A DNA stretch of 45,873 nucleotides from a virus (taxonomy: Duplodnaviria > Caudoviricetes): IMG/VR virus record IMGVR_UViG_3300037420_000730, positions 1 to 45,873 of that record, one strand, 5' to 3'. Shown piece after piece: positions 43,024 through 45,873 of the stretch. Position 1 is the stretch's first letter. Each line of letters starts with the position of its first letter. The position numbers were made by a program, and so were the translations under genes. The notes beneath the pieces are model-generated. The model ran no database searches. It worked only from the letters and a program-made list of their open reading frames with translations, and had not been told where the DNA came from.

Positions 43024-44084
43024 GCGTCCGCATACTCACAGGCGATTGCCGCGAGAAGCTGAGTGATCTGCCTGATGCCAGCGCACATTGCTGCGTGACC
43101 TCGCCGCCATATTTCGGGCTGCGCGACTACGGCTGCAATGGACAGATGGGCCTAGAGCCGACTCCCGACGAGTTCGTGGCAGCCATGGTCGGAGTGTTCC
43201 GCGAGGTGCGCCGGGTGCTGCGCGATGACGGAACGCTATGGCTGAATATCGGGGACAGCTATTCGGGTTCTGGCAAGGGCGGCAATCCTGAGGCCGGCAA
43301 GCAAGCGACCAATAAGGGTTCGCAGTCGATTGGCGTCCTCTACGGCAAAACCGGCGAGACAGCGCGCCTAGCGGCGGTGACAAACGTCACCCGCGACGTG
43401 GAAGGCATCCCGCCGAAGAACCTCATCGGCATTCCGTGGATGCTCGCATTCGCCCTTCGAGCCGATGGCTGGTATCTGCGCCAAGACATCATCTGGTCGA
43501 AGCCTAACCCGATGCCTGAAAGCGCGCGCGACCGCTGCACGAAGGCGCATGAATATATTTTCATGCTCAGCAAGTCGCCGCGCTACTATTACGACCAATC
43601 CGCCATTGCCGAGCCGGCAATCTATTCCGGCATTACCGGCATGGACGAAAGCGGTTTCAAGAATCCGGCCAATTTCGACGGCAAGCACAGCAAAACAAAT
43701 GTGCGTGGTGAGAAGCGCGACGAGCAACGCGGTCACTCACGCCGCCATGCGGGATTTAACGACCGCTGGGACGCGATGGAGAAAGCCGAGCAGTGCTCCG
43801 GGACGCGGAATAAGCGCAGCGTTTGGGAAGTCGCGACGCAGCCGTTCAGCGAAGCGCACTTTGCCACCTATCCACCAGCGCTGATCGAGCCGTGCATCAA
43901 GGCCGGATGCCCCGAAGGTGGAACCGTCCTAGATCCATTCGGCGGCGCTGGAACGACGGGCCTCGTTGCTGACCGGCTCCAGCGTGATGCGATACTGGTC
44001 GAGATTAACCCGGAATATGTCGAACTGGCTCGCAAGCGCATTGCATCCGAAGCCGGAATGTTCGGCGAGGTTTTGGCCGCATGA
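43020..44084 (+). CDS. Orphan N4/N6 DNA methyltransferase (beta class)
   Basis: TSPPY precedes HFATYP and VLDPFGGAGTT. Confidence 0.92.
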   Translation: MSVRILTGDCREKLSDLPDASAHCCVTSPPYFGLRDYGCNGQMGLEPTPDEFVAAMVGVFREVRRVLRDDGTLWLNIGDSYSGSGKGGNPEAGKQATNKGSQSIGVLYGKTGETARLAAVTNVTRDVEGIPPKNLIGIPWMLAFALRADGWYLRQDIIWSKPNPMPESARDRCTKAHEYIFMLSKSPRYYYDQSAIAEPAIYSGITGMDESGFKNPANFDGKHSKTNVRGEKRDEQRGHSRRHAGFNDRWDAMEKAEQCSGTRNKRSVWEVATQPFSEAHFATYPPALIEPCIKAGCPEGGTVLDPFGGAGTTGLVADRLQRDAILVEINPEYVELARKRIASEAGMFGEVLAA

Positions 44085-44344
44085 TCCGCCGCCTCCGCTC
44101 CCTCTATCTCACCCACATCGTCCTGCCTCGCATGGTCCGGGCGAACCGTGACAGCTACGAGACGCGCAGATTCCGCGAACGCAGGGCAGCGGCATTGAAG
44201 CACGCGCGCGGCATCCATGCCTGAACCGCGCTCTCACGACCTCGAAGAATGCCCCGACGGCCTGCTCCGCCGACTCCGCTCCGCGCTTGAGCGGGCGAAG
44301 GACGAGCGGCGCGAACGCGAGGACTGCTGAAGATGGCGGGGGGG

Positions 44345-44680
44345 ATGATCGAACTGCCGTTTCCGCCAGCAAGCCTGAGTGGGCACCATAACGAGCACTG
44401 GCGCAAGCTTCAGCCGGTCAAGAAGAAACACCGCGAATGGGCCATGCTCGCCACGCTGGCCGCCGGTATCCCCGTTCCGGACGACGGCGACATTCGCGTG
44501 TCCGTTACCTTCTACCCTCCTGACAGGCGCGGGGACCGGACCAACTATCCGAACCGCTGCAAACCATATTTCGACGGCATTGCCGATGCGCTGAAGGTCA
44601 ACGACCGCCGGTTCCTGCCGACATATCATTTTGCCGAGCCGACGAAACAGGCGCGCGTCGTCGTGGTGATCGGTCAGTGA
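44345..44680 (+). CDS. RusA-like Holliday junction resolvase
   Basis: IELPFPP...V.F.PPD.R.D..N...K..FDGIADAL.VND..F. Confidence 0.8.
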   Translation: MIELPFPPASLSGHHNEHWRKLQPVKKKHREWAMLATLAAGIPVPDDGDIRVSVTFYPPDRRGDRTNYPNRCKPYFDGIADALKVNDRRFLPTYHFAEPTKQARVVVVIGQ

Positions 44681-44714
44681 ACACCATCCACGATCTCCCG
44701 CGCCATGGTGCGCC

Positions 44715-45242
44715 ATGCGGGGAGTGCGAGAAGTGAGGCGCTGGACGAAACCGGAAACCGAGCGCCTCTACGCGCTTGCCGGGGCTGGCCTGAGTGCAAT
44801 CGAAATTGCATCCGTCCTTCAGCGGTCAATCAAAACCGTTCGCGCCTTCGCTGATCGCAATCTCCTGAAGCTCGCCCGGCACACCTGGAAACCCGATCCG
44901 CCAACGTCCGCTCATTGGACCGAGGCCGACAAGATCGCTCAATGGGCGAGAGTGCCTCACGACCTTGCGACACTTGTAGTCCAAGGCGCAAGAAAATTCA
45001 ATGTTTCAGTGAAATGGTTGCGGTCGGAAAGCCGAGACAGCGAACTCGTCAAATGCCGCGTCTGGATTTCATGCGAAGCCAGGGGGCGCGGCCACAGCTA
45101 TTGCAGAATAGCCCGCGCCCTCAATCGTGATCATACTACGGTAATTCATTATCTGCGTTCCAGGATTTCCCCGCTATCCACAGGGCGCGCTGTGGATTCC
45201 CGGTTTGTTCCTTGCCGCGACGAATGTAAAATTGCGGCATGA
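44715..45242 (+). CDS. DNA-binding protein: GcrA-like N-terminal HTH plus DnaA domain IV-like C-terminus
   Basis: WT..ETERL..L...GLSA.EIA..L.RS and S...IAR.LNRDHTTVIH motifs. Confidence 0.65.
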   Translation: MRGVREVRRWTKPETERLYALAGAGLSAIEIASVLQRSIKTVRAFADRNLLKLARHTWKPDPPTSAHWTEADKIAQWARVPHDLATLVVQGARKFNVSVKWLRSESRDSELVKCRVWISCEARGRGHSYCRIARALNRDHTTVIHYLRSRISPLSTGRAVDSRFVPCRDECKIAA

Positions 45243-45619
45243 GCATAGCCACACTTTCGCGCCGGATGGCGGATGCTGGAGCTTCTGCTGACCTGATCGC
45301 CATAGCTATTGAAGAAATTGAAGCCGTGCGCGTCCGGATCATGGACGCCGCCGGAGTCAGTCCATTGGCCGCGCGCGTCAACGGCAACGGAAAGGTGGTG
45401 CGGCGGAAGATTCCTAAGCTGTTACGCCAAGCCGTTATTGCCCGCGATGGGTTGGTCTGCGTCTATTGCGAAGCCGCTCTTCACCAGAATGCGGTCCATC
45501 TGGATCATAAAGTGCCGATCTCTCGCGGCGGTAAGCATACCGTAAGCAACCTGTGTGTCTCCTGTGCGCCTTGTAACCACGCCAAGGGAACGATGACGCC
45601 AGAGGAGTTTCTGGCATGA
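45239..45619 (+). CDS. HNH endonuclease
   Basis: RDG..CVYC...HLDH.VP.SRGG.H...NL.VSC..CN..KG. Confidence 0.9.
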   Translation: MSIATLSRRMADAGASADLIAIAIEEIEAVRVRIMDAAGVSPLAARVNGNGKVVRRKIPKLLRQAVIARDGLVCVYCEAALHQNAVHLDHKVPISRGGKHTVSNLCVSCAPCNHAKGTMTPEEFLA

Positions 45620-45873
45620 TCGCGCCCGAGGTACTCGACGCGCTCCTGCGCGCGGGCGCTTCCGCTGAGATGATCGTCGCTGCCGTGAAGGCAGATGCTG
45701 CGATGGACGAATCGAAAGCTGAAAACCGTCGCGCCAAGGACCGTGAACGCCAGCGCCGTCACAGGATGTCACGAGATGTCACCGTGACAGACTGTGATTC
45801 CACGGACATTCCTTCCCCCCTATCGCCCCCCCTAAAAAGCACCCCATACCCCGAAAAAATAACCCCCCCTATA
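45616..45873 (+). CDS. N-terminal part of replication initiator protein (wraps to 445)
   Basis: ATGA-coupled and open to the window end; RR.KDRERQRRHR followed by a Pro-rich linker. Confidence 0.7.
   Translation, partial: MIAPEVLDALLRAGASAEMIVAAVKADAAMDESKAENRRAKDRERQRRHRMSRDVTVTDCDSTDIPSPLSPPLKSTPYPEKITPPI
45758..45788. repeat. Iteron-like repeats (candidate origin)
   Basis: GTCAC at 45758, 45768 and 45778 (10-bp period) plus inverted GTGAC at 45784, inside the initiator gene. Confidence 0.55.

Noticed and set aside
43020-44084. Restriction-modification system
   Set aside because: No cognate restriction endonuclease is adjacent; orphan methyltransferases are common in temperate phages.

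Overview
The window is an apparently complete, circularly permuted genome of a temperate podovirus with a BPP-1/epsilon15-like virion module. It is GC-rich and the host is probably an alphaproteobacterium (inferred from an alpha-type LexA box and a tRNA-Val attP). The ends share TATA and join in frame inside a replication-initiator gene. The + strand carries replication genes, terminases, portal, scaffold, capsid, cement, a fibre, adaptor, a split nozzle, a GNAT-like gene, ejection proteins, tailspike and lysis genes. The - strand carries a long early operon: ERF/exonuclease recombination, Lar-like genes, xis, int, attP and a J-domain gene. A cI/cro switch and a DNA methyltransferase complete the genome. 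Most notable: (1) two adjacent repeat-protein genes, each array built from exactly three unit variants (15 x 27 bp and 47 x 9 bp), sharing a duplicated 54-bp leader that makes one gene an excisable cassette; (2) five copies of a GCGATTCAA-N16-CMTAG-N9/10-ATG late promoter motif implying leaderless mRNAs; (3) a perfect LexA box on a promoter that fires into a peptidase-less cI; (4) a split nozzle gene; (5) two antisense morons flanking the tailspike. All family assignments come from motif recognition and synteny, not database searches.
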